64,000 nt of DNA from an uncultured Candidatus Cloacimonadota bacterium (GCA_964419225.1 CAYQPF010000010.1:4134-68133), one strand, 5' to 3'. Shown: positions 50,033 through 60,796, counted from the first letter of the stretch. Translations and numbers: made by a program. The notes: a model not told the origin generated them from the sequence alone.

Positions 50033-51772
50033 ATGTTAAGTTATAATGACTGTCTACAAAAACTTGTTAATTTAGGTAGAGAGCTGAATTATATAACTTA
50101 TAAGCAGATTAACGATATCCTGCCTGACAGTCCCATCTTTTTGGATAAGATCGATGATATTATATCAGATCTGACCAAAGAAGGGATAGAGATTATTGAT
50201 GAGACTCAGAAGAAGATTTCCAAGACCACGATACAGGTAAAGAAGACTGTACAGGTAAAGAAATTTAAGAACAAGAAGTATTATGATGATCCTGTGAGAA
50301 TGTATCTGCGAGAGATGGGAAGAGTACCTCTTCTTGATCGTGAAGGCGAAATCAGAATAGCCAAGAAAATTGAGAGTGCCCAGAAATGGATAAACCAGTA
50401 TGTGTTTATGTCCGGAAGTACACTCCGGGAAATGTATAATTTCCTGCACAGATACAAAGAGAAGAGAGTTCGCTTAGACCAGATATTCAAGCTTGATTTC
50501 GGAACGATGATGGACAAGAATCAGGATAACAGGGTTATCAATGATTTTAAAGTCATATTGAAGGAAACTGAGACGATATTTGATCAGATCGGGGAATATC
50601 TGGATACATCAGATCATGATGAGAACGGGTATTTTATTGACCAGGAAGACATTGATAACAAGAGAAAACGCATTATCGAGATCTTCAACAGACTGTCTTA
50701 CAATGAGAAATTAATAAAAAGAATGGTTTACCGTATCCGCAGTTTAGTCGATAGAATTGAGGAGAGTCAGCAGCAGATAGATGCTTTGGCTCATATCAAG
50801 AGATATACTGTCGATGAGATCTGTGCTTATGGACGCAGAGCCAAGAAATCAGATGAGGATTTTGATGAAGTAAAGAAAGAAACAGATGTTGATCCCAACA
50901 ACTTCATCGAGACCTTAAGAAAGATCAAAAATGCACGCCGTAAGATTCGCCGTGTGGAATTGGAAACCAGAATGACTGCCGACGAAATGATCTTCCTGTT
51001 AAAGGAAATCGACCGCGGCGAGAAAATGAAGGAAAAATCCAAGAATGAAATGATCGAAGCCAACGTTAGATTGGTTATCAGTATAGCTAAAAGATACAAC
51101 AACAGAGGACTCGACTTTTTGGATCTGATCCAGGAAGGTAATACTGGTTTAATGAGAGCTGTAGATAAATATGATTACCGTAAAGGCTACAAATTCAGTA
51201 CATACGCGACCTGGTGGATCAGACAAGCGATCACCAGAGCTATTGCTGATCAGGCCCGTACGATCAGAGTACCTGTCCATATGATCGAATCTATCAACAA
51301 GATCAATCGTACCAGCCGCAGATTAATGCAGAAACTAGGCAGAGAACCTTATCCTGAGGAAATTGCTGATGCTTTGGATCTGCCGGTTGATAAGATCAAA
51401 TCGATCATGTCGATTTCCAAGGAACCTGTATCACTCGATAAGCCGATTGGTAATGACAGTGAAGACAGTATTCTGGGTGATTTTATCGAAGATAAACAAA
51501 CCATCTCCCCTGAAAGAATGGCGGAAAGAACCCTCCTGAAGAAACAGGTGGATGAGATTTTAAAGACTCTCACTACCCGTGAAGAAAGAGTGATCAGACT
51601 GCGTTTCGGAATTGATGACGGGTATCATAGAACCCTGGAAGAGGTTGGTAATATCTTTAATGTAACCAGAGAAAGAATCCGTCAGATAGAAGATAAAGCT
51701 CTGAAGAAATTAAGACACCCGACAAGAAGTGCTATTCTGATGAAATTCATCGATAATTTCAATGTGAAATAG
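50033..51772 (+). CDS. rpoD: RNA polymerase sigma factor RpoD
   Basis: [80 protein letters not shown]. Confidence 0.97.
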   Translation: MLSYNDCLQKLVNLGRELNYITYKQINDILPDSPIFLDKIDDIISDLTKEGIEIIDETQKKISKTTIQVKKTVQVKKFKNKKYYDDPVRMYLREMGRVPLLDREGEIRIAKKIESAQKWINQYVFMSGSTLREMYNFLHRYKEKRVRLDQIFKLDFGTMMDKNQDNRVINDFKVILKETETIFDQIGEYLDTSDHDENGYFIDQEDIDNKRKRIIEIFNRLSYNEKLIKRMVYRIRSLVDRIEESQQQIDALAHIKRYTVDEICAYGRRAKKSDEDFDEVKKETDVDPNNFIETLRKIKNARRKIRRVELETRMTADEMIFLLKEIDRGEKMKEKSKNEMIEANVRLVISIAKRYNNRGLDFLDLIQEGNTGLMRAVDKYDYRKGYKFSTYATWWIRQAITRAIADQARTIRVPVHMIESINKINRTSRRLMQKLGREPYPEEIADALDLPVDKIKSIMSISKEPVSLDKPIGNDSEDSILGDFIEDKQTISPERMAERTLLKKQVDEILKTLTTREERVIRLRFGIDDGYHRTLEEVGNIFNVTRERIRQIEDKALKKLRHPTRSAILMKFIDNFNVK

Positions 51773-51798
51773 GACTAGCGTCCAGCATAAATAATTGA

Positions 51799-51827
51799 AA
51801 AGGCGACCCGGAAGGGTCGCCTTTTTT
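51799..51827 (+). terminator. Rho-independent terminator after rpoD
   Basis: AAGGCGACCCggaaGGGTCGCCTT followed by TTTT. Confidence 0.85.
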
Positions 51828-51924
51828 GGTATGAAGCAAGTGTACACAGACTAACACGGACTTACACCGACGAACACGGACAAGCGAGGAGATTTGAAGC
51901 CAGAGGTTGTTGCTATCTTGAGTA

Positions 51925-52179
51925 TTACTTCTCGAAATACTTACTCCAGGCAGGGCTTTCCTGCATACCTTCTTTGGCAGTTCTTTCGGCAGTTGCACGA
52001 TCAACACCCATGCGGGACATGACAAAATTAGTCATTTTTTCGAAGCGAACTTCAAAAGAATCAAGATTTCCCTCTGCATCAGTACAATAACGGCAATACT
52101 TATTATCCGGGTTCTGTCCTCCAAAATCCTCAATTGCCTTCATCGGAATTCCACAACTTTCACAAATTTTTACCTGCAT
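51925..52179 (-). CDS. Putative zinc-ribbon protein (Zn_ribbon_2-like)
   Basis: CESCGIPM...YCRYC pattern, followed by a helical tail ending in AWSKY. Confidence 0.7.
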   Translation of the reverse strand: MQVKICESCGIPMKAIEDFGGQNPDNKYCRYCTDAEGNLDSFEVRFEKMTNFVMSRMGVDRATAERTAKEGMQESPAWSKYFEK

Positions 52180-52193
52180 GATAACCTCCGATT

Positions 52194-52805
52194 TTAATTT
52201 TGTTGGCCAATGGCCATAATGTTTGATTGTAAAAAGATCATTTTGAAATGATCGATAATTCTTTCCTTTTTCTTAAGGATGACTTCATTGCGTTTGCCAT
52301 AAACATCACGCATACATATGTAATAGAAAATCAAGGAGAAAAAAGCCTCCATTTTAGCTCCGATTTCCTCAGGTGACCATTGGCTGAGCATTCCCTGAGC
52401 GTTCAGAGACAGGTAGAGACAATTACGGATCATCGTCTCCATGGGAATAACTTCGATTTTAATATCCGGATGAAGATAATCCAGTTCATGATAAAGAATA
52501 TAGAAAACATCTTCTTTTTGATTGAATAACTCGATGTACTTATCCAATAACTGCAGGGGTTGATGGTGTTCTTTCTCAAACACAGACAATTCCCTGACAA
52601 TACCTTTGATCTCATTATAAAGCACTTCAACCACCAGGTTTTCCCTGCTGTAATAATGCACGAAGATACTGCCGTGGGCTACACCTGCAGCTTTGGCAAT
52701 TTCCTGGGTGCTGGTTTTTTGCACGCCCTTAGCCAGGAACAGTTCTGTAGCTTTGAGGAGAATATTGTTTCTGGTTTGTAGTTTAGCGTCATCTCTCTTC
52801 CCCAT
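52194..52805 (-). CDS. TetR-family transcriptional regulator
   Basis: ILLKATELFLAKGVQKTSTQEIAKAAGVAHGSIFVHY HTH. AGGAGG RBS before the ATG at 52805. Confidence 0.85.
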   Translation of the reverse strand: MGKRDDAKLQTRNNILLKATELFLAKGVQKTSTQEIAKAAGVAHGSIFVHYYSRENLVVEVLYNEIKGIVRELSVFEKEHHQPLQLLDKYIELFNQKEDVFYILYHELDYLHPDIKIEVIPMETMIRNCLYLSLNAQGMLSQWSPEEIGAKMEAFFSLIFYYICMRDVYGKRNEVILKKKERIIDHFKMIFLQSNIMAIGQQN

Positions 52806-53275
52806 GATTAACCTCCTACTCATTGAGTACTCGCTCAACGTAATGTCATACCATTATTTTGTCAAGTAAGAAAAATAGTTTAACTACTCAGGTACTTTTT
52901 CGAGAGTAACCACAAATGGCCACAAATAAGAAACGAATGACATAAATAAAATAAAGAGAAGCTTTTAGGTGTTGGGTGTTAGTTGTTAGGGGAGTAAGAA
53001 GCACCAGTGCAGTCACAAAGGATGATCTTTTACAAACGGAGTTAAACCCTGTAGCTTCTCACTCTATCAACAATCTTTCTCAGGAGAAGAGCCTGCAGGC
53101 TTTTTAGGATAATGACGCAAGCTGCGTCATCTCCCAGAGGAAAGACACTGACAAAAGAATCTGTGATCAAGTGGAACATAAAATGCTTTATACGACTTTG
53201 TTAATTGAGATGTAAAAAATTAGTTGTTTTCAGGAAAGTAAAATTGCATGAGGAAATAAAAAGTTGGAGCGAAAG

Positions 53276-56161
53276 ATGAACAGATTGTATTTAGTTATTG
53301 TAATGGTAATGTTGTCAGGATTCTTAAGTGCGTATTTTACACCTTATGAGAATCTGACAAATTCCAACGAGAAGACAGGGTTTGATGCGAAGAGTGGGAC
53401 ATGTTTCAGGGGCACTACGACATATGTATGTTATACGAAATTTTCCACAGCAGACAACTTTTCCCGGTTACTGTATTTAGAAAAGTTTAGAAATGACGGA
53501 ACCAGGGAAATCATCGAGGTTGATAGTTATGCCAATGCCGAAGGACTGACAGCACCTGTGCTTAATGTTACTTCGAATGGGAATGTCTTCATCTTTTACA
53601 CTAAGAAGAATGGGGTTAACGACAAGTTTATTGTATGTGTGGCCAAGATAACACCCTCCAATGCCATAAGTTTTCCGGGTTCAGTTGAGGATTATATTAG
53701 CGATGTACAAATTACAAGAAGTGAAGATAAAACAAATCTATATTTCAACAATCGAATCTTTAGACAGCTGTGTTACTATATGTATTACACAGATTCGGAA
53801 GTGTTAAATTTGTTTAATAATGCCAATGACGGTAATTTTTATCATAAGTTTTCGGGAAATGATGTTATGCAGGGCAGAGTCCATAGCAATTCTGATATTT
53901 ATTTAATGGATAATGGTGGATGGCCTACTTTTTATGAAGCAGTTACGACAAGCGGTACTTTGAGACATATAAACGGAGCTCAAATATTCCCCAATCCACC
54001 ACCAGGATTTGAAGTTAATGAAGTATTTCAGGATGGTTTTTTGACAAATGTACCCAGAGTTGAGATCCACAATGAGTCTTCAGAAGTGGTTTATTATTAT
54101 CCATTTGGACAAAACCCGAGTGCAAACATAGATATTATCAAAGTTGAGATCCAAGGTAGTCAGGCAATATTTCAAACCGGAGATATTACGTCACCATTTA
54201 GCAAGTGCTTTAAAGTATATGATTCTTTTCCGGATGCTTTACATCCTGACACCCCTATTGGAGATTCTCTCTGTGTTAACTTTCTTTCTGTTGTAGATAC
54301 CATTTGGACAAATCCAATACCAATGAATATTCCGACTAATAGTATTATTTATATTCCGGCCACACTTTGGATCAAGGGGCAAATATCAGGAAAACAGGTT
54401 TGGCAATCCAGGGAATCCACTTATATAACAGGGGATATTACTTATTCAGGCACAGAACCCGGACAAAATCCCAATGCAAATACAACTGATTATTTCGGGT
54501 TAATCTCAGAAATGAGTATTTTTCTGAAGTATAAATACCGCATGAATTCTGAGCCCATATCATATGCTAACAGTCAGGGTCCGGATGGGGATATTTATCT
54601 ATACGGAGCTTATGCAGCTTTAGGCAAGGGAAGTACAACAGATCCCAACGGTTGGCGGGAAGATGGTGTATTCAGTTTTGAGTATCAACATCCGCATGGT
54701 TCTGTACCTGACTTCAGAGGGATTTCACCCTTCACAGGTGCCGATACAGTATTCACCAATATTGACCTGCATAAATATAGGTTTCCACCCACAAACGGTA
54801 CAGAGTATTGGCAGCATTGGCCTTATACTGCTGATAATGGCACGCCGACCAGTTATCCATATGCTTCTTTAACTGATTATCCCTGGTATGGTTCAACAGA
54901 TTGGCCGTGGTACAATCCTGTCTGGCCGGAAAAAAGACCGTTGGACATAAATAATCCCGATCCTGCGACAGAGATCGTCTATGAGAGAGGAACCGTGCAC
55001 ATGTTTGGATCTCTCGCACAAATGAAGAAAGGCTTATTATACAGAACAGGGCAAGTGGATGCCTTAAATCCTGATCTGGGATCTTGGGGTAATTACCAAT
55101 ACGGCCCGGCACATCCACCTACAGGTTATCAGTTTGATTTCAAATATGATCCAAGACTGGAAAACTCGCCTCTGCCCTACTTCCCCGGTGTAATGCAGAC
55201 TAATTGCACATATTATCACCGGACAGTTAATGCGAATGGAATTCAGACAGTAATAGACAGTTTGGCTAGTGTCAAGGATTATAAGGACTTTATTTGTTCC
55301 AAATCAGGAGACCTGGAAGTTCTTCTCTCTATGCATTATGATTCGGACTCGCTTTACTTTTCTGTTTCCAATGATGGTGGTCTGGTATTCAATGATCATG
55401 TCGAATCTTACTTGAATACAAATATTCCTCAGACCAATAAAATCCATGATTTTCAGGTTTGGGGTAATAGCGGATACATCCTTTACAGTGAATTTGATAA
55501 TCCCAGCTTATACATTTTGAAAGTAGATTTCTCCAATTTTAATATGAATCTGATTCTGGTGCAGGCATCAGACTATGAGCATCAGGACTTAATGGAAGGA
55601 AAGTTCTTTGTTTCAAATACAGGTAAATTGTTGCTTACATTTGGAAGCAGTATCATGCGGATTTATGAGAATAATGTCTGTTCTGTAATTGCCATACTGC
55701 CTGAAACTCAGATAGTGAACAAAAGAGTAAATCTTTCTTTTGATGAAAGTGACTCGGTTTATGTTTTTATAAGTGGCATAGATTATGAGCAGGGAACTGC
55801 TAATCCTGATTATAATGCATTATTGTTTTGCCGTGGCGATCTGGGTGGAATCACACCTAATGCAGACAATCAGGTTACTCCTGTTTTGCCCTTGAGTATG
55901 GTGAATTATCCCAATCCCTTCAATCCGACTACAATGATTGAAATGAATATTCCCAGTGCAGGGATGACCAGTCTGGAGATTTACAACTGCAGGGGTCAGA
56001 AGGTGAAAACATTAGTGAATACCAATTTGGGAAGTGGTATCCACAAAGTTGTTTTTGAGGGAAAAAATGACCAGGGTAATGTTCTGTCTTCTGGTGTTTA
56101 CTTTTCCGTGCTAAAGTCTTGCGGTCAAACAACTAAAAGAAAAATGCTGTTGATCAAGTGA
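53276..56161 (+). CDS. Large secreted protein with a T9SS-type C-terminal sorting domain, function unknown
   Basis: Signal peptide MNRLYLVIVMVMLSGFLSA. C-terminal NYPNPFNPTTMIEMNIPSAGMTSLEIYNCRGQKVKTLV...SGVYFSVLKSCGQTTKRKMLLIK. Confidence 0.75.
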   Translation: MNRLYLVIVMVMLSGFLSAYFTPYENLTNSNEKTGFDAKSGTCFRGTTTYVCYTKFSTADNFSRLLYLEKFRNDGTREIIEVDSYANAEGLTAPVLNVTSNGNVFIFYTKKNGVNDKFIVCVAKITPSNAISFPGSVEDYISDVQITRSEDKTNLYFNNRIFRQLCYYMYYTDSEVLNLFNNANDGNFYHKFSGNDVMQGRVHSNSDIYLMDNGGWPTFYEAVTTSGTLRHINGAQIFPNPPPGFEVNEVFQDGFLTNVPRVEIHNESSEVVYYYPFGQNPSANIDIIKVEIQGSQAIFQTGDITSPFSKCFKVYDSFPDALHPDTPIGDSLCVNFLSVVDTIWTNPIPMNIPTNSIIYIPATLWIKGQISGKQVWQSRESTYITGDITYSGTEPGQNPNANTTDYFGLISEMSIFLKYKYRMNSEPISYANSQGPDGDIYLYGAYAALGKGSTTDPNGWREDGVFSFEYQHPHGSVPDFRGISPFTGADTVFTNIDLHKYRFPPTNGTEYWQHWPYTADNGTPTSYPYASLTDYPWYGSTDWPWYNPVWPEKRPLDINNPDPATEIVYERGTVHMFGSLAQMKKGLLYRTGQVDALNPDLGSWGNYQYGPAHPPTGYQFDFKYDPRLENSPLPYFPGVMQTNCTYYHRTVNANGIQTVIDSLASVKDYKDFICSKSGDLEVLLSMHYDSDSLYFSVSNDGGLVFNDHVESYLNTNIPQTNKIHDFQVWGNSGYILYSEFDNPSLYILKVDFSNFNMNLILVQASDYEHQDLMEGKFFVSNTGKLLLTFGSSIMRIYENNVCSVIAILPETQIVNKRVNLSFDESDSVYVFISGIDYEQGTANPDYNALLFCRGDLGGITPNADNQVTPVLPLSMVNYPNPFNPTTMIEMNIPSAGMTSLEIYNCRGQKVKTLVNTNLGSGIHKVVFEGKNDQGNVLSSGVYFSVLKSCGQTTKRKMLLIK

Positions 56162-56280
56162 TCAGCATCAAGCATATTTTCTGGTATCATATGCAGGATA
56201 TTGAGACTATCAGACCTGTAGTCACATGATACGAATTTTAAATAGTGATCAAAGCATGTAACATTGCCTGCTAAAATGAT

Positions 56281-56320
56281 AAAACCGCCATAGTTTATAA
56301 TCACAAACTATGGCGGTTTG
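56281..56320. terminator. Bidirectional terminator hairpin between convergent genes
   Basis: AACCGCCATAGTTT / AAACTATGGCGGTT 14-bp stem, flanked by an A-run on the left and TTTG on the right. Confidence 0.75.
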
Positions 56321-56330
56321 ATTAAATGTA

Positions 56331-58247
56331 CTACCTGTTATTCGTTTCTTTGCTTGAGCGTATCAGACTTGATCTTCCAGGTTCATCTATTACAGAAGTA
56401 ACTTTGAAGAATTTTGCTGTAGAAGTAAGAATACTTGTTGTCCAACTGGTTCCTAAAAGAGACCCGGAATAATCCAGAGCAAAATCAGAATTATTTTCTG
56501 AAGAATATACATTATAAGTTGAGGCTCCCTTAACCAGATCCCAGCTCAAAGTCAAAGTACCTTCAGAAATCTGGATAGTTATATTTCCCGGAATACCATT
56601 GGAGAATTCCTGACTGGCAGGAATGCCCCAAACATTATTCGAATTTTTAGCTCTAATGTACAATATATGCTCACCACTGGAAACGATTCCGGTTTGAGCA
56701 GTAATACTTATATTAAATGACTGGGCCGGACTTAACAGAACTGGTGTGCCCATACCAAACCCTGGATCTGTATCAATGAAATATTCCATCGCCACAATAT
56801 TAGCATTCTGTCCGCCCAAAGCATTGGATATAACACATACCATTTTTCCTTTAGGCATGCCCCACACATTGCTTGAATTTTTGGCTCTGACATATAATTT
56901 ATGCATTCCAGCACTCAAGGCAGAGGCATTAATGATAGCATTATAATCGACAGTATTCCTGCTGATGATTTGAGTTCCATTGCCAAAGCCAGGATCAGTG
57001 TCAAAGAAGTATTCAACATTGGTAACATTAGCTGCAGTTCCACCGGCATCTAAATTATTGGGAACGAAGATAACCTTTGTTTTGGGGATACCCCATTGTC
57101 CCGCCTGATTTCTGGCACGAAGGTACAATCTGTGAATACCTTTAGTCAATGTAGAAGCATTGATGATAGTATTGATATCGACTGTGTTTCTTGTGACTAT
57201 CTGGGTTGCACTTCCCAAGCCGGGATCTGTGTCAAAGAAGTATTCAACATTAGTAACATTAGCTACAGTTCCACCAGCATCTAAAGTATTGGGAACGAAG
57301 ATAACTTTTGTTTTGGGGATACCCCATTGTCCTGCCTGATTTCTGGCACGAAGGTACAATTTGTGAATACCTTTAGTCAATGTGGATGCATTGATAATAG
57401 CATCGGTATCGACAGTGTTTCTACTGACTATCTGGGTTGCACTTCCTAAGCCTGGGTCAGTATCAAAGAAATATTCCAGATTTGTAATGTTGGCAGCAGT
57501 TCCCCCGCTTTCCAAATGATAAGGAACAAAGATTGTTCTCTTAATCGGCATACCCCAATTGCCTGCAGCATTAATTCCGCGAATATAGAGTCTGTGAGTA
57601 CCTGCGGTTAAAGTTGAAGCATTTAGGATGGCATCGGTACTTACGGTATTTCTGCTGATAATCTGAGTAGCGTTTCCCAATCCCGGATCAGTGTCGAAGA
57701 AATACTCAAAGTTATTAATATTGGCAGCTGATTCACCGGCATCCATTTGTGCTGGAATATAAATTGATTTCACACGAGGTAAACCCCAATCTCCGTTATC
57801 ATTTTTAGCCCGGATATACAATTTATGCACACCTGTGGTTAAGGAAGTTGCATTGATAATGGCATTTGTATCAACAGTATTACGGCTGAAGACCTGTGTG
57901 CCGGCACCAAAACCCGGATCAGTATCAAAGAAGTACTCAATATTATTGATATTGGCAAGTGTTCCACCGGCATCTAATTGAGTTGGAACAAAGATATTTT
58001 TACAATAGGGTATTCCCCAATTCCCGTCAGATGTTCTGGCCCGGATATATAGTCTATGAATTCCGGGTGACAGGGAAGATGCATTCAGAATCTGATAATA
58101 GTCAACGGTATTCCGGCTTGTAAGAGGAGTAACGAAACCCATACCAGGATCAGCATCAAAGAAATACTCTATTTGGTCTATCTCAAGAGCAAGTAAAACA
58201 CTTGAGAAGAAGAGTAAAATTGTAAGCATGGACAGGCTTTTTTTCAT
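56331..58247 (-). CDS. Secreted protein made of seven tandem repeats of about 77 aa (EYFFDTDPG motif) plus an FN3-like C-terminal domain
   Basis: Signal peptide. The repeat (I/V)xN(I/V)EYFFDTDPGxGxxTQIxSRNTVDxxAIINASxLTxGxHKLYxRAxNxxGxWGxPxxKxIFVP occurs seven times. Confidence 0.75.
   Translation of the reverse strand: MKKSLSMLTILLFFSSVLLALEIDQIEYFFDADPGMGFVTPLTSRNTVDYYQILNASSLSPGIHRLYIRARTSDGNWGIPYCKNIFVPTQLDAGGTLANINNIEYFFDTDPGFGAGTQVFSRNTVDTNAIINATSLTTGVHKLYIRAKNDNGDWGLPRVKSIYIPAQMDAGESAANINNFEYFFDTDPGLGNATQIISRNTVSTDAILNASTLTAGTHRLYIRGINAAGNWGMPIKRTIFVPYHLESGGTAANITNLEYFFDTDPGLGSATQIVSRNTVDTDAIINASTLTKGIHKLYLRARNQAGQWGIPKTKVIFVPNTLDAGGTVANVTNVEYFFDTDPGLGSATQIVTRNTVDINTIINASTLTKGIHRLYLRARNQAGQWGIPKTKVIFVPNNLDAGGTAANVTNVEYFFDTDPGFGNGTQIISRNTVDYNAIINASALSAGMHKLYVRAKNSSNVWGMPKGKMVCVISNALGGQNANIVAMEYFIDTDPGFGMGTPVLLSPAQSFNISITAQTGIVSSGEHILYIRAKNSNNVWGIPASQEFSNGIPGNITIQISEGTLTLSWDLVKGASTYNVYSSENNSDFALDYSGSLLGTSWTTSILTSTAKFFKVTSVIDEPGRSSLIRSSKETNNR
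56613..58181 (-). repeat. Seven in-frame tandem coding repeats with a 231-nt period
   Basis: For example, the unit starting at 57082 and the unit starting at 57313 are almost identical over the first 75 nt or so (TTGGGGATACCCCATTGTCC(C/T)GCCTGATTTCTGGCACGAAGGTACAAT...). Confidence 0.8.
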
Positions 58248-58290
58248 GTGACTCCCTCCCTTGGAAGTTTAATCCTGATGAGAGTTAGAG

Positions 58291-59391
58291 TTAATTTCCG
58301 CTTTGAGCCTCAACATGCACATTTAATTGCCCGGTCGGGCTAACAATATAAGGACTTTCAAATACAGTGATCATAGGCAGGGAGGTGATATACCATTTAT
58401 CATTGAATGGTGCATCTCCTCCATAAACCCCAATATCCTGTCCATAGATACCTGTACCAATAGCTTGGGAACCAGAGCAAAGGTGATAATCATAGTTTAC
58501 AATATCTGTTACAACAGTACTCATCGGCACATTTTGTAAATTTGTGGAAGCTGATGGTCCGGTATAACCGAAGCTTCCACTCAGGATATTATACTGGAAC
58601 TGAGCATATTTTTCAAAATTTTCCATATTGTTAAAGATACAATTAGTAAAAACTGCCCCTGCAGTACTAAAATAAACACTTAGTTCAGGTTGGCTTTCGT
58701 TAATATTATCATCAATAAACAGCTTATGGTTTGTTGTTTGATTACTGGTGAACACACAGTTATTAAAGGAAGCAGAAAACACGGGTACTAAATCTCCAAG
58801 ATGATAATAGGGGCCTGAAACATGGGAATTTGCATATTCTGAAACTGAGTTTTCAAAAATGCAGCCTGAAAACATTGTTGTTGTATTGCTCCTTAAACTA
58901 ACCGCTCCATTTTTAATATAACAGCCTAAAACTAAGTTGTTTGTTCTATCTTCTTGAATGTATAAAGTACTCATATAGTTATACTTCAGAATTGTATTAG
59001 AACCTCTAAGCTCAAGAAAGCTAAGGATACGGCAGTTGGAAATTGTACAATTATCTGCATAAAGTGAAAAATCACCATACAATTCTAATCCGATCAAGGT
59101 ACTACCTCCAGCACCGGTACTCAGACCAATTCTGATTCTTGTTTTAGGGAAACTCAGATTCCCGGGAATGAAACCGCCACCGATGATAGTAAGAGGTTTG
59201 GCTAAATAAAAAGTACCATAGTCTGTGGGTGAAGGATATACATAAAGAATGTCTCCGGAATTGGCAGCAGCATATGCATCAGCAAAGTTGTTGTAATCGC
59301 CGATGGAAGGGACATTATTATCGACTTTGATAATGGTTGCGGATAAAGATAATGCAAAAAATGCTAACAAAATAATCAATGTGCTTTTCAT
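58291..59391 (-). CDS. Secreted hypothetical protein, possibly beta-helix fold
   Basis: Signal peptide MKSTLIILLAFFALSLSA. Periodic N/C/G-rich strands (NCTISNC, GCYIKNG, GCIFENS, NCVFTSN, NCIFNN) suggest a parallel beta-helix. Confidence 0.55.
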   Translation of the reverse strand: MKSTLIILLAFFALSLSATIIKVDNNVPSIGDYNNFADAYAAANSGDILYVYPSPTDYGTFYLAKPLTIIGGGFIPGNLSFPKTRIRIGLSTGAGGSTLIGLELYGDFSLYADNCTISNCRILSFLELRGSNTILKYNYMSTLYIQEDRTNNLVLGCYIKNGAVSLRSNTTTMFSGCIFENSVSEYANSHVSGPYYHLGDLVPVFSASFNNCVFTSNQTTNHKLFIDDNINESQPELSVYFSTAGAVFTNCIFNNMENFEKYAQFQYNILSGSFGYTGPSASTNLQNVPMSTVVTDIVNYDYHLCSGSQAIGTGIYGQDIGVYGGDAPFNDKWYITSLPMITVFESPYIVSPTGQLNVHVEAQSGN

Positions 59392-59486
59392 TTTTTCCTC
59401 CAGGATATTAATTTACAAAAAAATACTCTTTATTGATAGCTTGTCAAGTTTTTCTTAGGGTTTATGGGGTTTGAAAAGCAAAAAAC

Positions 59487-59514
59487 TTGACAACAAGTTA
59501 ATTGGATCTAATAT
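59487..59514 (+). promoter_or_regulatory. Sigma-70-type promoter candidate
   Basis: TTGACA (59487-59492), 16-nt spacer, TAATAT (59509-59514). It lies inside the long TTG-started ORF version, which favours the ATG at 59549. Confidence 0.45.
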
Positions 59515-59548
59515 TTTGACATTAAGTGAGCAGAGAATAGAGGTAAAG

Positions 59549-60796
59549 ATGATGGAAGAAAAAGAGGATCATAGAAAACCGGAAACAATTCAGACAGAAC
59601 CGAAGTCGGAATTGAATCTGCAAGATTTGGAAGAGAAGAGATCTAAAATTGATACAATGATAAGCGTCGGTGGAGATTTAGCAGGCAAGTCTGACAGTGA
59701 TAATAAAGCGAAGAATCTTCTTCTTGAAGCAATAGAACTGTGTCGTGAAATAGATTATGAATATGGTATAGCCAAGGCCAATCAAAATCTTGGCAATCTC
59801 AGTTATGCAAATTTCGAATATCCTCAGGCCATAGATTTTTATCAGACATCTCTCAATATATATGAGAAATTAGGTCAGGAAGCTAATGTTGGGAATATCC
59901 ACAACAATTTGGGACTTGTTTTAATGAATTTGAAGCAATTCAAACAAGCCAAAGTATATTTATTGAAGTCACTCAAAATTGATCTGAAGTACAATAATTT
60001 AGACAGTTTAGCGAATAGCTATCTCAATTTAGGCATTTTATACCGTCAAACAAATCGATACAGTACTGCCTTGAAATACTATAACAAACATTTGGAAATA
60101 GCAAAGCAATGCAGTGATGAGGTTAAGTATGCCAAGGGTTTGAATAATATTGCCATAGTGTATCGGCATCAAAAGGATTATGAGAAGTCCATTACCTGTT
60201 TGAAAGAATCTATTCATTTACACAAAAAGTTTAATTCTGAAGTCGGTTTGGCTAGTAATTATCTGGGTTTGGGTGGATTGTATTATCTAAATAAGCAGAA
60301 GGATTTAGCACTAAAGTATGTGAAAAGAAGTTTGAGAATTGCTAAGAACATAAATAACAGAAAGGCTCTAAAGGAAATATATAACACCTTGTTTCAGTTG
60401 TATCAGGAAGAAAAAGATTATGAATTGGCCTTGCATTATCATAAGAAATATTCCGAATTAGCCCAAAAGATCTTCACCGAGGCCAACAGTAAAAAAATGG
60501 AAGAATTGGTAACAGAATTGGAGAAAAAGGATTTAGAGAAAAAAGCAATTTTAGCAACAGCGATAACAGCGAGTCATGAAATAAATCAACCTTTAATGAT
60601 TTTACAAGCGAATATGGAAATTGTCTTCCTCAAGTTTGCTGATACGGAGCATGCACAGAAACTGGAGAAATATCAGGTCAAAATTGAGGAATCCATCAAC
60701 AGAATTGACACTGTTCTCAAGAAATTAAGTTCCTCCAATTACACGGGTTTTACCAATTATGTGGATGGTGTACAGATGGTGAATTTGGGGCAGTAG
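59549..60796 (+). CDS. TPR-repeat protein ending in a histidine-kinase DHp (HisKA) phosphoacceptor domain, with no ATPase domain
   Basis: About 7 TPR units (AxxYxxALxIxxK-type). H-box ITASHEINQPLMIL with the His codon at 60575-60577. Only 72 aa follow it, and no N/G1/G2 boxes are present. Confidence 0.75.
   Translation: MMEEKEDHRKPETIQTEPKSELNLQDLEEKRSKIDTMISVGGDLAGKSDSDNKAKNLLLEAIELCREIDYEYGIAKANQNLGNLSYANFEYPQAIDFYQTSLNIYEKLGQEANVGNIHNNLGLVLMNLKQFKQAKVYLLKSLKIDLKYNNLDSLANSYLNLGILYRQTNRYSTALKYYNKHLEIAKQCSDEVKYAKGLNNIAIVYRHQKDYEKSITCLKESIHLHKKFNSEVGLASNYLGLGGLYYLNKQKDLALKYVKRSLRIAKNINNRKALKEIYNTLFQLYQEEKDYELALHYHKKYSELAQKIFTEANSKKMEELVTELEKKDLEKKAILATAITASHEINQPLMILQANMEIVFLKFADTEHAQKLEKYQVKIEESINRIDTVLKKLSSSNYTGFTNYVDGVQMVNLGQ

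Noticed and set aside
52822-52829. 8-bp palindrome GAGTACTC just upstream of the TetR-family gene RBS, considered as an operator
   Set aside because: Only 8 bp are symmetric and the flanks do not extend the dyad. Too short to call without comparative data.
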